The notes beneath the pieces are model-generated. The model was not told where the DNA came from. It saw only the letters and a program-made list of their open reading frames with translations, and searched no databases. From Bugula neritina (taxonomy: Eukaryota; Animalia; Bryozoa), in NCBI GenBank assembly GCA_964035545.1, contig OZ037768.1:21187700-21251699 (forward strand): 64,000 nucleotides of DNA. The letters run 5' to 3'. The translations under genes and the position numbers were made by a program. Positions 51,559-64,000 of this stretch are shown here, piece by piece (within the stretch, counting starts at the first letter, position 1; each line of letters opens with the position of its first letter).

Positions 51559-54500
51559 CTAGGAGATGCCAAGTCTATCCGAGGTTAAATTCATCATTAA
51601 ATTTGGGTTTCCAACCATTGGACTGTTTGCTGATTTGATTGAGCTAGTTTGAGCTGTAGCAGCGTTCATTGGGGAGGCGTAGTAATCTTCAGCAGAACCG
51701 AATGGAGAGACAGCTGGCTCCTCTTGCTCCTCGCTGGAAAGAAGTTCCATCTCTTCAGTATTAGCAGGTGAATTCTGTAAAGATATCACTAGAATATCAG
51801 TAGCAGGTTTCCATGTGATAACTTAAACTGATTGACTATAGCTGGAACTGCGATCTTCTGTCACTTTAATCTGAATTTCAAAATAGAAAATATCAAGAAA
51901 GTGCTTGTGACTGATATAATGATAGCCAAAGCACAACTGAATAATATTTGAGCAAATTAAATTAGATATCCACTAAAGGTTCGTCGGGAGGAAGGGGGGG
52001 GACTCTAACGACCCATTATATTATACCATTTCAAATTTGATGTAATTTTTTAGTTAATCGCCTTAGGATTAAATACAAAAATATAGTAATAGTCCCTGAA
52101 GCTAATATTTTGCATTAAACTCTTTGGAGTGGAGAAACTCAGCAAATGAAACTGGACAGTAAAAGTGAACCTGACTGAACACAATAATTATTTGTACACA
52201 CAAAAATGAACAGTAAATATCTAAAACAGTTTATCACGTTATATCATTACAAAGTAACAACTGGCTGGTTAAAAAGATTCCGTAACAAAACATATCAAAA
52301 GCAAAGCTAAATCGTCTTGTTTTGAATGCAGCGACGTGCAGACTTGGTGGCTGAAACTGAGGCATATAAAGAAAATTATTGCCATTAACATCACAGAGGT
52401 CGGCGGCAGCGTGATAAACTTACCACACCCAGTTTGCTGTCGGACAGGGACTTCCTGCTGCTAGCTACACTCTTAAATGGTAGATTCTTATCAGAGTCTC
52501 CGTCATACTGTTCCTATAATACGGGACGATAATGAGCAACAGCTTAGAGATGAGACCAACTTCTGGAGAATTTAATTTCACTAAAAACTTATGAAAAATA
52601 AAGCTTCCTGGATCCAAATCAATGAACAAATAAGCAGGATTTTGGCCAAAAAAATGTCTTTTGTTATAAAAAATTTCCTTTAGTATTGTGTTACACACAG
52701 GAACTCATACAGAGACAGCTCCTGTGGTAACTCAGTTAGGTGCACGGACCTGATGAACTAAGGTAGAGACGGGTTTCAATTTGGCACTCTTTGAAGAGGG
52801 AGGCGTGGATGTTGGGGCAGACAGACTGTTGGCACTCTCCAGTATTGCATACATCTGCGCTTTCACCTTCTCCAGCATCCATTTTGGAATGACGAATCCT
52901 TTCAGGTGGATCGGTTCGTGTGTATTTCTATAAATAGAGATGTAAGGATTACACACAAGAAAACAAGTAACTACTCAGTGTATATAGCCAGCTGTAGTAG
53001 GGGGAAAATTGGAGGGCAGGAGGGGGGTATAGGAGACGTACCTGTACTCGTGAGATTGAGCTAGATCTACTATGTCTTCAAATACCATCATGTATGCCTT
53101 GCCACCAGTTAAATTCATCTTGTGTTGTTCGTAGAGCCACATCTTGTCCTCACTGTCACCGTTGTACTGTAAGATATACTATGAAGTATAGTACACAGAT
53201 ATACTATGAAGTAGAGTATACAGATATACTATGAAGTATAGTATACAGATATACTATGAAGTATAATATACAGATATACTATGAAGTATAATATACAGAT
53301 ATACTATGAAGTAGAGTATACAGATATACTATGAAGTAGAGTATACAGATATACTATGAAGTAGAGTATACAGATATACTATGAAGTAGAGTATACAGAT
53401 ATACTATGAAGTAGAGTATACAGATATACTATGAAGTAGAATATACAGATATACTATGAAGTAGAGTATACAGATATACTATGAAGTAGAGTATACAGAT
53501 ATACTATGAAGTAGAATATACAGATATACTATGAAGTATAGTATACAGATATACTATGAAGTAGAGTATACAGATATACTATGAAGTAGAGTATACAGAT
53601 ATACTATGAAGTAGAGTATACAGATATACTATGAAGTAGAGTATACAGATATACTATGAAGTAGAATATACAGATATACTATGAAGTATAGTATACAGAT
53701 ATACTATGAAGTATAATATACAGATATACTATGAAGTATAATATACAGATATACTATGAAGTAGAGTATACAGATATACTATAAATACCTTGAATAACTC
53801 TGGATGTTTGAAGTATATTCTACCACGAGTATTCCCAAGGCCGAGAGCTCTACAACATCAACATGATATCAACTATACAACACACCATTGAGCTCACACA
53901 CCAATTGCTCACCCAATCAAACTCCTCAAATTTACAAAACTTCCGCCAATCTTTTCTTTTGTATAATTGTGTATGACAATGTTACATATAGCACAGTACA
54001 TAAGGTCCAAGAGCTCATATATTTTTAGGGAGTATAATAGTGGTATTAATTAATATTGCACGAGTTATGACATAACCCTAGTTTGAAGACTGGGAGACAG
54101 CAAGCTAAGTTCAAGACTACAGCATTATAAAAACATAGTCTCCTCTATCTCCAGAGCTGCTGGTGTTAATATTAACAGAGCAGTATGCTGCCCTTCGTAC
54201 CATCAGCCTGGCAGCATACTGTCCACCATATCTGGCGTTGAAACACTCACTTGTTGGCTTTTGATCCCATTATAAACTCAGTTCCAGTAGTGAAGCGCAT
54301 GGGGTTCCACCTTGGTCCTTCTCGTCTCACAGCGTCGGGCTTGGTTAACCCTGACGGACCTAGAGATCCCTTTTTTCGACCTTTTTTCTACAAAAAAACA
54401 GTGAGCCGCATTTATTTTTATTGTATATAATTATAATAAATAAAACACATTTTAGCATAAAAAGTACTTTAATTAATCAGAAAGATGATAGTATACATGT

Positions 54501-57500
54501 GGATACCCACTAATTAACTGTTTAACTATTCCTTAGCATAAAATAAATACTTTCCTGCTATCTTGCAGTATAAAAATATTACATTTTTTCACAGCTTTTG
54601 ACATTGAATTTTATTGAATATCTATATTCATGCAATAAAAAAGAAAACCCACCATGAAACGGTGTACAACCTTACTCATGAAGTAAGCTAAAGGTATAGC
54701 TGTTAATTTTTCAAATAAAACCCCAAAAATTGTGAGCTTCAAACAAAGTCATTAAGCATGTAGAAATCACCCAAACTGAGAAAAAGGAAGTGGCTGGAAA
54801 CTCAATGGCACAGCTGGAACACCTGGTAGCAGCTGTGAGATGTATCCAACATAATGTCAAGCTAAGACCAGTTCTAAAAGACTGGCAAACACAGCAGCCG
54901 TAGTTAACTTACCCGCCCCTTTTTATATGAACTTCCTTCCGACTCTGTATCAGATGGAGCTGGTCTTTTTAACTTTGCAAATGGCAACTGTAAGACGAAT
55001 AGAGCACACATTATATAGTACAGCAAAACAATTCCATATACACACACAACAGTGTGCATGTGATAATACACACATTGTATGACAATGTTAAGTATAGCAC
55101 AGAGCATAGAGGATGAGTCAGAATTTATGATCTTTTCACTGACATAACCTTGTAAGTTTAGCATACAAATAGGTATAGATTTCTTTAATAAAACTATTTT
55201 GCTCAACTATGACTATAACATATGAATGGATGATCGTCACATAAAGAATTCCTTCTATCTATTGGTGATTATATGTTGGTGTGACCAGGTCACAAACTCT
55301 ATAGGGCAAACAGAGTGCAAACAACAGAAAGAGAAATGCTGTACCTTAGAGTTGGGTATTTCACTAGTAGTACTCGTGACGTCTGACATGTTATCAGGCA
55401 TGAGAGGTAGATTAGGAGTTTCTGTGTCGGACCTAGACGAACTGGTATATACACTGCCCACCTGCAAGCACATGTCACAGTGACACACGGTGAGAGTTAT
55501 GTTCCCCTAGGGCAATGTATATGAAAAAGCATTCAACAAAATCAATCATATTGACGATGAAAATATTTTCTAAATTAAACTAATAATATAACAGTACAAC
55601 TGACAGCCCTAGGTAGTGAGGCTTTCATTAGTGACTGTTAGTACTTTGACTAACTATTAGTAACTTAACTATTAGTACTTTGACTAACTATTAGTAACTT
55701 AACTATTAGTACTTTGACCAACTATTAGCAACTTAACTATTGGTACTTTGACTCTTAGTAACTTGAATAAGTACTAGTAACTTGACTAACAATTAGTAAC
55801 ATTACTGTGTGAAAATGAGAACTTTGAAAAGTGGATTTGACCAACTACAACAAATAACTAGAAAGACGTGATCAGCTATTCATCAGCATGACAGTGAGGC
55901 TGGCGTATCCATGACAACATGTCAACAAATGCACACACAGCTGACTAACCTCTTCCAGTATATCTCCACAGACTCTGGAGATGAGTTCTTGGTCTAGACT
56001 GGATCCACCATTGTTATATCTAATATTGTCTACTGCCGGCTCGAAATATCCCTTTATATACTTGTCTAAGACGGCTCGCATTTCAGTGTTTATCTGGTTC
56101 TGCAAAGTCCGCCTCAAAATATCTAAGGACCGGTTAGCTCCGACTATACTAAGACTACAAAAAGACATACAGTCTATAGTGACAGGGTGGGTGACATACC
56201 CTCCCTAACTTAGCAAAAATTAACTATGGAATCATGCTAAAAGTGTTCAGATTTGTCTCTCCTTCAACAATGGAAATGTGGTTACTGAATGTGAATGCAA
56301 ATGAGTTCTCAACTTGTAAATTTAATGTGTAGTATAGAAGGAAACAGAAAAATGTAGATATCAACGACTGCAGTGGAAAGCAAGGACACTTACTTTGACG
56401 TCTGAAAGGATATAGACCTAGTTCTGTGCATTGATTGATACGAAGTGAAGTTTGTGAGGTTCTGCAGCCTTTGATTGAAGACGCCGTCCTGCAAGTTGGA
56501 GAATTATATCACAGCATAGCATAGTGTGTTATATACCGTATTATTATAGCATATTTTATTATATTACAACATACTGAGCATAGCATAGTGTATTCTATTA
56601 TAGTATATATTAGTATGTGACAGCATAGCATATGTTATATATATCGTACCATTATAGCATATTTATGGTCCTATGGATATTATGGTAACTAGTCAATATT
56701 CCGAAGACCCATTGCTCTTAATGTGGTTGTTTAATAAAATGAAATGTTATTGGTTTTTTTTGTAGGCCTATATGTATTGTATTGCAATTGGTCAAAATAC
56801 TAACATAATGTTCTCACTTGAACAATCATTTGCCAGTGCTTTATTTTCATTTTCAAGCTTTTCATTTTTTGCATTACCGTCCAGAAAAAATTATATAACT
56901 TGAGATTAAATATTCCGAATAACTTCCAAATTGCATTAAGCTCAGCATATGCAAGCAATTGTGATGGCAAAGAAAGTTTTATTTATAAATTCTCATTAAT
57001 AAAAAAATCATAAAAAAGCTGTGCAATAGTATCAATGATTTTAAAAGCTATTCTACTTCTATTGTAATAATATAATATTATGGTGTAATTTGAATAACAA
57101 CTTGTTTCAGGTAGTTCGTACTAGGCAAATATTTCCGGAATGATGAATCTTCGAAGCTATGGGCCAGACATTATAGCATAGCAAAGCAAAACATAGCATA
57201 TTACCATATACCATATATAATAAATTATCTTACAGTAGAACATAGCTTATCATATAGCATATGACAATAGATTATATACATATACATACTATACTACATA
57301 TACTACACTGTGATACACACTATACTACATATACTATATTACATATATCACATATACTACATACACTAAGGTGTATAGAGGTGTATGTATAGAAGCAGTA
57401 CTTACTGGGTGTGACTCCCTGGATCTGCTGCTAGTGTCTGCTGCCTCCATCATTAAACTTTGCTCTCTGCTGACAGCGTTCCTCGCAGAGTCTCTGTTCA

Positions 57501-60078
57501 GTATGACCAGTTCAGAGCTGGCTATGTTGGCCAGTATCTTCAGCTGTTGGATAAAACACCAGCAAAATGTGCATCTATTCCACTACACAGCAAGCATGCA
57601 AACTGCAACGTCTCCAAGCACCTACCCCTTTATAAATGTTTTCATCTTTGGACTTGTGGATTGGAAACAATCCCCCCCCCCCCCCTTAAATTGTGAAGAC
57701 ATAATTATATAACAGGTACTGTATTTGCATTCCAGGGCATTATTATGTCCCAGTGTTCTGTTACAGCTGAAAGGCTACAAGTTACGTAATTATAGGATTA
57801 CTTGTACTGACATTCTATTGTGTGTGATTCTACCAAGAGCTAGGGTACAAAAGTGGCAGGGCTCACAAAAGGCCTAATAGTAGCTTAACAGTAGCAAGTT
57901 GACTGCCAGGTGGTGATGGTGCAGCAATCAACTTATAATTACTGCATGCATGCAGAAATACCAGAAACCATCAATTTGGAAAACAATTTTATTTAATCCT
58001 AAAATTCTTTCAATTCTGCTGAGAAGAGAGATGACTGGGACAGTGTCCAAAGCAAAAGGGGGGCATAGCTGAGAACTAGAGTTACCTCGTGGTGAGGGGA
58101 GGGGTCGGGTACCATATCTGCACTCAGCATGTTGTTGTAAGAAGGGTACAGGCTATTACTGTCGTTGCCGCCGTTGTACACGCTGACAGGTGGTATAGAG
58201 AGTTGTGAGGGAAGCTGAAGGTGCTGCCGTCTGCTGCCAGAGGTAGATCTGGGCGACGGAACATTCCTAGGACTAGCTAGTCTAACGCCGCTGCCTGAAA
58301 CTGGCTGCTGCGTGGTGTGCACACCCAGACTGTGCAGCATGGCCTGCTCATTCGCTGCCAACACTGCTGCATGCTGTTCTTGCTGCTGGGCTGCCTGATC
58401 AAAATAACAACAAAATAACTGCAATTTGTGTGAACATGAGTTTATATAAGTGAAGTCATTTTACTTTATTTAGTAAGTTAGGACCAAAAATTAAAGTTTG
58501 TTCAAAGTCATGGAAGTATACCATATGGGGTAATTTAATGGGCTGATTCTAAATATGTGTAGGTAAAAAGGCTGGGATGGGGTCCTGCGACATTAAAGTG
58601 CAATAGCATTATCATATGAGCTAAATATATATACTTGAATTGTGATGAAAAAAATCATCACAGCTTGACATCCAAATTTACTAAAAATAATCAGGAAGAA
58701 ACATAGGAAATCAAGCACAATTAGAAAAAAACTTGATTATTTACTTGTATTTGTTAATATTTTATTAGTTTAGGGCAAAAACCAATACAAATTAGCAGCT
58801 AAATGTGAAAAATAGCTAACAACTAGAGATTATAAATGAAGTGAAATGACCCAAGTAAAGGAAGAGCAGGTAAAATGCAGTCATATCACAATGCTGTCAG
58901 GTATCACACTTACCTGCAAGTACTGCATGTGCTGCATGGCAGCTAGTTGAAGCACGGCAGCGGAATCGGTTGAGTCACTCACAGTGGGCGTGGGTGTGGA
59001 GTGGTTGAAGGAGCTGAGAGGGATAGACAGAGTGTTAGGAGAGGCTGCGTAGTTAGCGGGGTGGGGCCGCAGCACCTTCAACAGCTCGGGCTGCAGGGTT
59101 GCAGGCTAAAATAACATCAGCTATATTTCATATCTTACATACTAGTCTAGAATATAGGTATATGGATGCTAAACAGAATAAACTAAAATGGTAGAATAGC
59201 CAAAAAAGTTAAATATTGCATCTCAGAGACAGTAAAAAAATCATCAAATTTTTTCGATTTATTTTACAGCATACTAATCAATAATACATTTAGCCATGAT
59301 AGACAGTAGAGTTGGTATAAATCATTTGGTATATGAAAGAAGGGAAGAGGAACACTTACAGGAAATACTTGAGCCCTGGGAGGAGTCATACTGAAGGACT
59401 CCCTGCTGGTCGGTCTGTCAATGGTAAGTAGTCCATGATGAGCCGGAGAGCCCGTGGAGTGAGTTGAGCCCAGCAAGTGTGGCGAGGGTGTGCCGTGTAT
59501 TCTGAGCTGTGGGGAGGCAGCCACGTGGCCTAGCAGCTGTAGCCCTAAGAACATAAAAGGCAGCATGTAACATTCTATAATCTGAATATAATCAGTACAC
59601 TACCAAAGCATAAAAAGGTAGAACAGTAAATTAGCATAAAAAATCTTCAAAGTTAGTTAGTAGTAATGTGGCTATATATCTAGAGGCTATACATCTACGG
59701 GGCTATACATCTACGGGGCTATACATCTACGGGGCTATACATCTACGGGGCTATACATCTACGGGGCTATACATCAAGTGGACTAAATAACTGGAGGGCC
59801 ATTTAGTTGGTCACCACATGGCAGAAGGCCATGCAGTAAAGGCATCAAGAGGAATGCTCAGTTCCGGAAAACGAAGCTGCTATGCATGGAATCATTTTCA
59901 CTTTGTACCCACCTGGTGACAGCCTGTGGTCTGATATATTCATATGAGCTGGGGGTGGGGTGTTCATGTTGCCAGCACCACTAGAATTATGCACTTGGAT
60001 ATGAGGTGGGGGCGGGGTGTGACCCAGCCTACTCAAGTGAGCTGGAGGTGGAGTCAATGCAGAGTTATACTGACTCAT
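51559..60078 (-). CDS. DNTTIP1: DNTTIP1/TdIF1 (MiDAC HDAC-complex subunit) with a long low-complexity N-terminus
   Basis: Exons 60078-59913, 59544-59360, 59105-58914, 58394-58086, 57543-57406, 56488-56394, 56148-55950, 55461-55345, 54987-54913, 54387-54251, 53849-53789, 53166-53042, 52927-52750 and 51774-51559 (last one tentative). Motifs SLDILRRTLQNQIN (dimerisation), RREGPRWNPMRF..FIMGSKANKALGLGNTRGRIYFKHPELFKY..DKMWL..TGGKAY and FVIPKWMLEK match DNTTIP1. Confidence 0.9.
53173..53782. repeat. Minisatellite, 25-bp unit (agatatactatgaagtagagtatac), ~24 copies, filling a DNTTIP1 intron
   Basis: Head-to-tail repeats with period 25 inside intron 53167-53788. Confidence 0.97.
59685..59775. repeat. 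Minisatellite, 16-bp unit (ggctatacatctacgg), ~5.5 copies
   Basis: Direct tandem copies. Confidence 0.9.
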
Positions 60079-60927
60079 CCGTATGAACTGTCTGTAGATC
60101 TCAATAAACTGCTTCAGAGATTTCTACAAAGTAAAAAAGTTAGACATGAAAATGTCTGACAAAAGAGTTTTTGTTTTTCAGATATTCACTTTGACTCTTT
60201 CTACTGCATGTTTTTCCAACAGAAAAGCCTAATGACTAAAATTTGAGTAAAAGAAACTTGAATAGTTACTGCTGTCTTTTAGTTTCAATACCGGTACTAA
60301 TAGTGATACTAGTCTAATAGTAATAGTACTATTAAGCCATTTGTATAATTATCAACTGTTATATTAGGCTACTGCAAGTGCAATGCCTACTGTGTCTGTT
60401 ACACTTACTGTTAGTTGGTATTGAACTCAAACTTAAAGCTAATGTCAGTGTCTATGTTACTGTTAGTGTTACTCACTTACTGTTACTGTTAGTCATAACA
60501 ATCACAATAAGTATAACTGTTGGCTAACTCAATATGAATATGAATGACCGTAACTGTAAATGTTAGTGTAACTGTAAGTCATAAGTTTAAGTCTAAGTCT
60601 TAGAGTTTCACTTTCCAGTTACACTTACTGTTAGTCTTAAGCTTATTCTTACTCTCTTAGTCTAACAGTAACTGTAAGAGTAACAGTAACCCAGCAGGGC
60701 AACACTAACAGTAACTCTAAGCTTAACTCTAATCCATCAAAAACGAGCAAATTAGGAAGTCCAATGTGGATACAAATTGCATCTTTTGCACTTCAAATTT
60801 CAACACAACGTGCATGCGTCAAAATAAAAAACTTTGCATTAAAAATTACTGAAATACCTGAGCTTATTTCTGCAAGAAGCACGATGTTTTGGTTTTAGCA
60901 ATTTGCAACGAGCTTACAGTTCTGCGT

Positions 60928-60938
60928 CCGCCATTGTT
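60928..60938 (-). promoter_or_regulatory. YY1/Pho-like motif (AACAATGGCGG) in a CpG-richer patch, probable DNTTIP1 TSS/5'UTR region
   Basis: Motif lies upstream of the first coding exon and is followed by donor-like gtaagc/gtattt sites. Confidence 0.35.
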
Positions 60939-61945
60939 AATAGGAAACTCCTGAGATTGGCCTGCGTTCCAAAGTATTTTTAGTTGTGTTACAGCATCTA
61001 ACATTTATAGTTACTAACATTCTTTATTCAACCAACCGAAGAGCTTGTCGTGTGGTGACCGAACGCTATAACTTAAAGGTTAGACTGTTTTTGGTTTTAC
61101 TATCGGCATAACTAACGCTTCACGACGCATCAATTTAATAATTTATAGATATCTCGAGGTACTTACCAGTGAAGAGGTAGAGGTTAATAAATCACGCCCT
61201 TATAATAAGCATGTCACGGACTAATAGCTGTGTTCGGTGAATCTTGCAACCTCGATCGGGAAATTCAATTGGGAAAAGCCAAAACGTAACTGAATTACCC
61301 AGGGGAGGACTATGAGTTTAATTTTCGCTTTATTGCGTGGCAGCCGCTGGTCATTTATTTTCCATAGCAATTATCAACAATAACCATGCAAAACTTTCAT
61401 AAATATTTTCCAATACAAGATAAGAGCTGTGATGACAGTAATTTGTCAACTTTTAGAACACATAACAGCAATTTTTCGATTGCCCAGGCCTTTTCAACAT
61501 CAGGCTTGAATTGTAAATAATAGTACATTCAAAAGGTACTTCAATAAAATGAATAGCACTGAAGTTTTCTAGGTACTCCAAGTACAGATGAATGGAGCAT
61601 AAATTATGTAATAGAAGAAAAGGAAATCTAGAACTTGCACATGGTACTGCAGGCTGTTATTATGCAAGTAAGTTTGCCCAGAAAAATAATTATAGGGTTG
61701 GGATAGGGTGAGATACAACCAACTTTGAGAAGATGTTGGTTTCAGGTAATCATTATCACACATCATTAACACAGTCAGTCTAAGCATCTGAACTAAGGTT
61801 GCAAAACAACACTACCCACCATGCCTGGGATATTGAACCCCCATGACATGGGCATTTGGAGAACTTTTAAGGCAGTGCATATCCTACAGCTAGACATCTT
61901 ATGGGAGAACATAGAGAGTTCAGATTATGTAGCTTATGATATTAT

Positions 61946-62248
61946 GGTGTCATATCCCAGATAGACGCTTCCCAGCTAGACACTAGGCTATAGCCTTTAC
62001 TTAGCAGCTTCCCACATATTTAAATAAACTTGGATTAATTATAATTGTTATCTAGTATTCATTAAAAATAATGTCTATTATTAATGTATTACTGTTTTTG
62101 CCCCAAACAAATCCATGAAAAGTGGACTATTGTTCCAAATATTTTATATTAGCCATTATTTGTGGTAAAATAAAAAATTAGCTGCCAACTGGTAACCGGC
62201 CATGTGGGAAGCGTCTAAGTGGGAAATTTGGCTATCTGGAATGACACC
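61946..62248. mobile_element. Putative MITE with imperfect terminal inverted repeats
   Basis: ggtgtcatatcccagatag at the left vs ctatctggaatgacacc at the right; subterminal tagacgcttccca / tgggaagcgtcta is also inverted. Confidence 0.5.
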
Positions 62249-63701
62249 GATTCACTCTGCATAATTGTTTAACTTTGCTGCATGTCTTAAGATTCATCTC
62301 TACTTTCCGATAGTCTGCTTGGATGCCAAGCTATAATTTTTGCAATTAGCAAGGGTCATCCAAAAAGAAATGACAACTCCGAACCTGTACCTTTAAGCAT
62401 CCAGGCTACTAGATGTAGGAATTAACTTCAATGACTCTTGAGATAGAGTTGCCCTCTCTTTATGTCCTCAACAGTAACACAGTTATAATACTGTGTTATG
62501 CTGGAATGTAAATCACAAGTATTAGTATGTCCTCAGCAAATGGCTATACTTTATTTAATTATGTAATCGATTAGCTGTACTAGTTTTGTTAAACATTGTT
62601 TAATTGAAGTAAGCAAGTTTTACTTATATTATACTGTTTTGCTGCGAATGGTACAAACTACAAGCAATTAACCTACCTGAAGTTATGCAAGTATATAGCA
62701 CACTTTAGTGAGTTTTCCTAATTGAAACCTATATCTATACATTCATATTTTTGAGCAGCCAATAAAAATTGTCACATCTGATTTAAATATGACAGAAGCC
62801 AAATGCAAAAGAGATTGCACTTGATTTACATATTTTAATGTAACAGATTTTATACTGGTTGGGCATAGTTTTCTTGCAGTGCATATTTCTTCTTTGCACA
62901 AATTCATGCTTTATAATTTGAAATATACTCTTTATTATCTCTGCCTCATCACTAGTGCGTTGTGTTCCTTTGCAATTGACTAGAGAAGACAAGCACAGAC
63001 AACTCTTTAGTAAGTTGTGTGGGGTTTTTTATCAGGAGAAAATAACTCCATTTAATGCCATGAATGATTAAATGCATTTGCAATAATATTTCATTCTGTG
63101 AACAAAAATAAAATATCAATATAATATGATATTATTATATATAATTATTATATAGTGCACATATGTACATAACATTATATTTGTTATATATAATAATATT
63201 ATATTGACAACAGCAATTGTCTTACAATAAGCATTATGCAACATAATATGTGCAACATAATGTGTAAAGTTTAGACATTTGAAGTAATATGTCATGTAAT
63301 GTTAAGTATAGCATGCATTGCTGAGTATCACTTTATATTGCAACATACTACAACATACATGCATACATATTATAGGTTTTGAACTTTTCAAGCACCGTAA
63401 AAATACATAGGTATACACGCATGCAACCAAAACTAGTAGTCTGTAAATATATAATATTGGAATCTAGGTCAGCTAGGATTAAACAATAACTACCGAATAA
63501 TTATAACTATGGAAATTTTAGTTCATTGTCAGCTAGTATATGTGTATAGAAGACAACTACCACAATGAATAAAATACCCTGCATAAAAAGTCTTTTTGAA
63601 AAAACAGGCGTATTGTAAAAATCCAACTTAAGGCAAATGTAATAAATAAATTCTCCATAATAAAGTAATTTTAAGGTTAGTAGTTAGCTCTTATACTAAA
63701 G

Positions 63702-63770
63702 CAGGGGCGCCCAACTTTCTCAGACCGAGGGCCACTGAAAGGGAATATTTGGTGACGAGGACCACATTGT
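63702..63770 (+). mobile_element. Possible terminus of a hAT/Charlie-like non-autonomous element
   Basis: CAGGGGCGCCCAAC...GAGGGCCAC resembles Charlie-type termini; no partner end is visible in the window. Confidence 0.3.
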
Positions 63771-64000
63771 AAACTTCAGCTTAAGCTGAGGGGCACAGCA
63801 CCAGTACATTTTTTAAATTAATTTGTTCCAAATTCTCCTGAATAATTACACAATTAGGTCCCAACTGTTACTGCAGTCTGTATGTTTTGTATCAGGTGTA
63901 GAAAAAAGACATTTAGAAGGTGGTTTTTCACTCTAATTCATATGTGTGAAAACTAATTTTAGCTTTATGCCTTTTAGGGCCATATAAATGTAGGCTGGGG

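Noticed and set aside
53173-53782. Regular 25-bp repeats (also the 22-bp repeats at 6208-6408) as a CRISPR array
   Set aside because: Head-to-tail units with no unique spacers, no cas genes, and a eukaryotic intronic or intergenic context.
60918-60934. ATGGCGGACGCAGAACT|gtaagc (minus strand) as the first coding exon of DNTTIP1
   Set aside because: Splicing to the acceptor at 60123 gives an almost immediate stop; better read as a YY1-like motif or uORF.

Overview
AT-rich, intron-rich eukaryotic DNA, most likely from an invertebrate animal; all gene models were built by hand from GT-AG sites and reading-frame phase. Contents: (1) the 5' part of a minus-strand secreted D8C-like (uromodulin/GP2/OIT3-type) gene and a truncated duplicate; (2) a decayed C2H2 zinc-finger gene; (3) three related Ty3/Gypsy LTR retrotransposons with 4-bp TSDs, two retaining a tRNA-Leu PBS and one nested in another's 3' LTR, all carrying an extra non-env zinc-finger/coiled-coil ORF after pol; (4) a ~15-exon plus-strand gene (~22.6-47.3 kb, ~1383 aa) whose exons join in frame as LRR-ROC GTPase-COR-caspase, with five duplicated 141-bp phase-2 LRR exons that vary mainly at predicted concave-face residues; (5) a two-exon ~108-aa tail-anchored protein with a BH3-like motif just downstream; (6) DNTTIP1 on the minus strand; plus palindromes, a foldback-like element and minisatellites. 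The best candidate for an undescribed system is the ROCO-caspase fusion, a putative single-chain immune sensor/executioner. Second is the Gypsy accessory zinc-finger module, which may be joined to Pol by a conserved intron.
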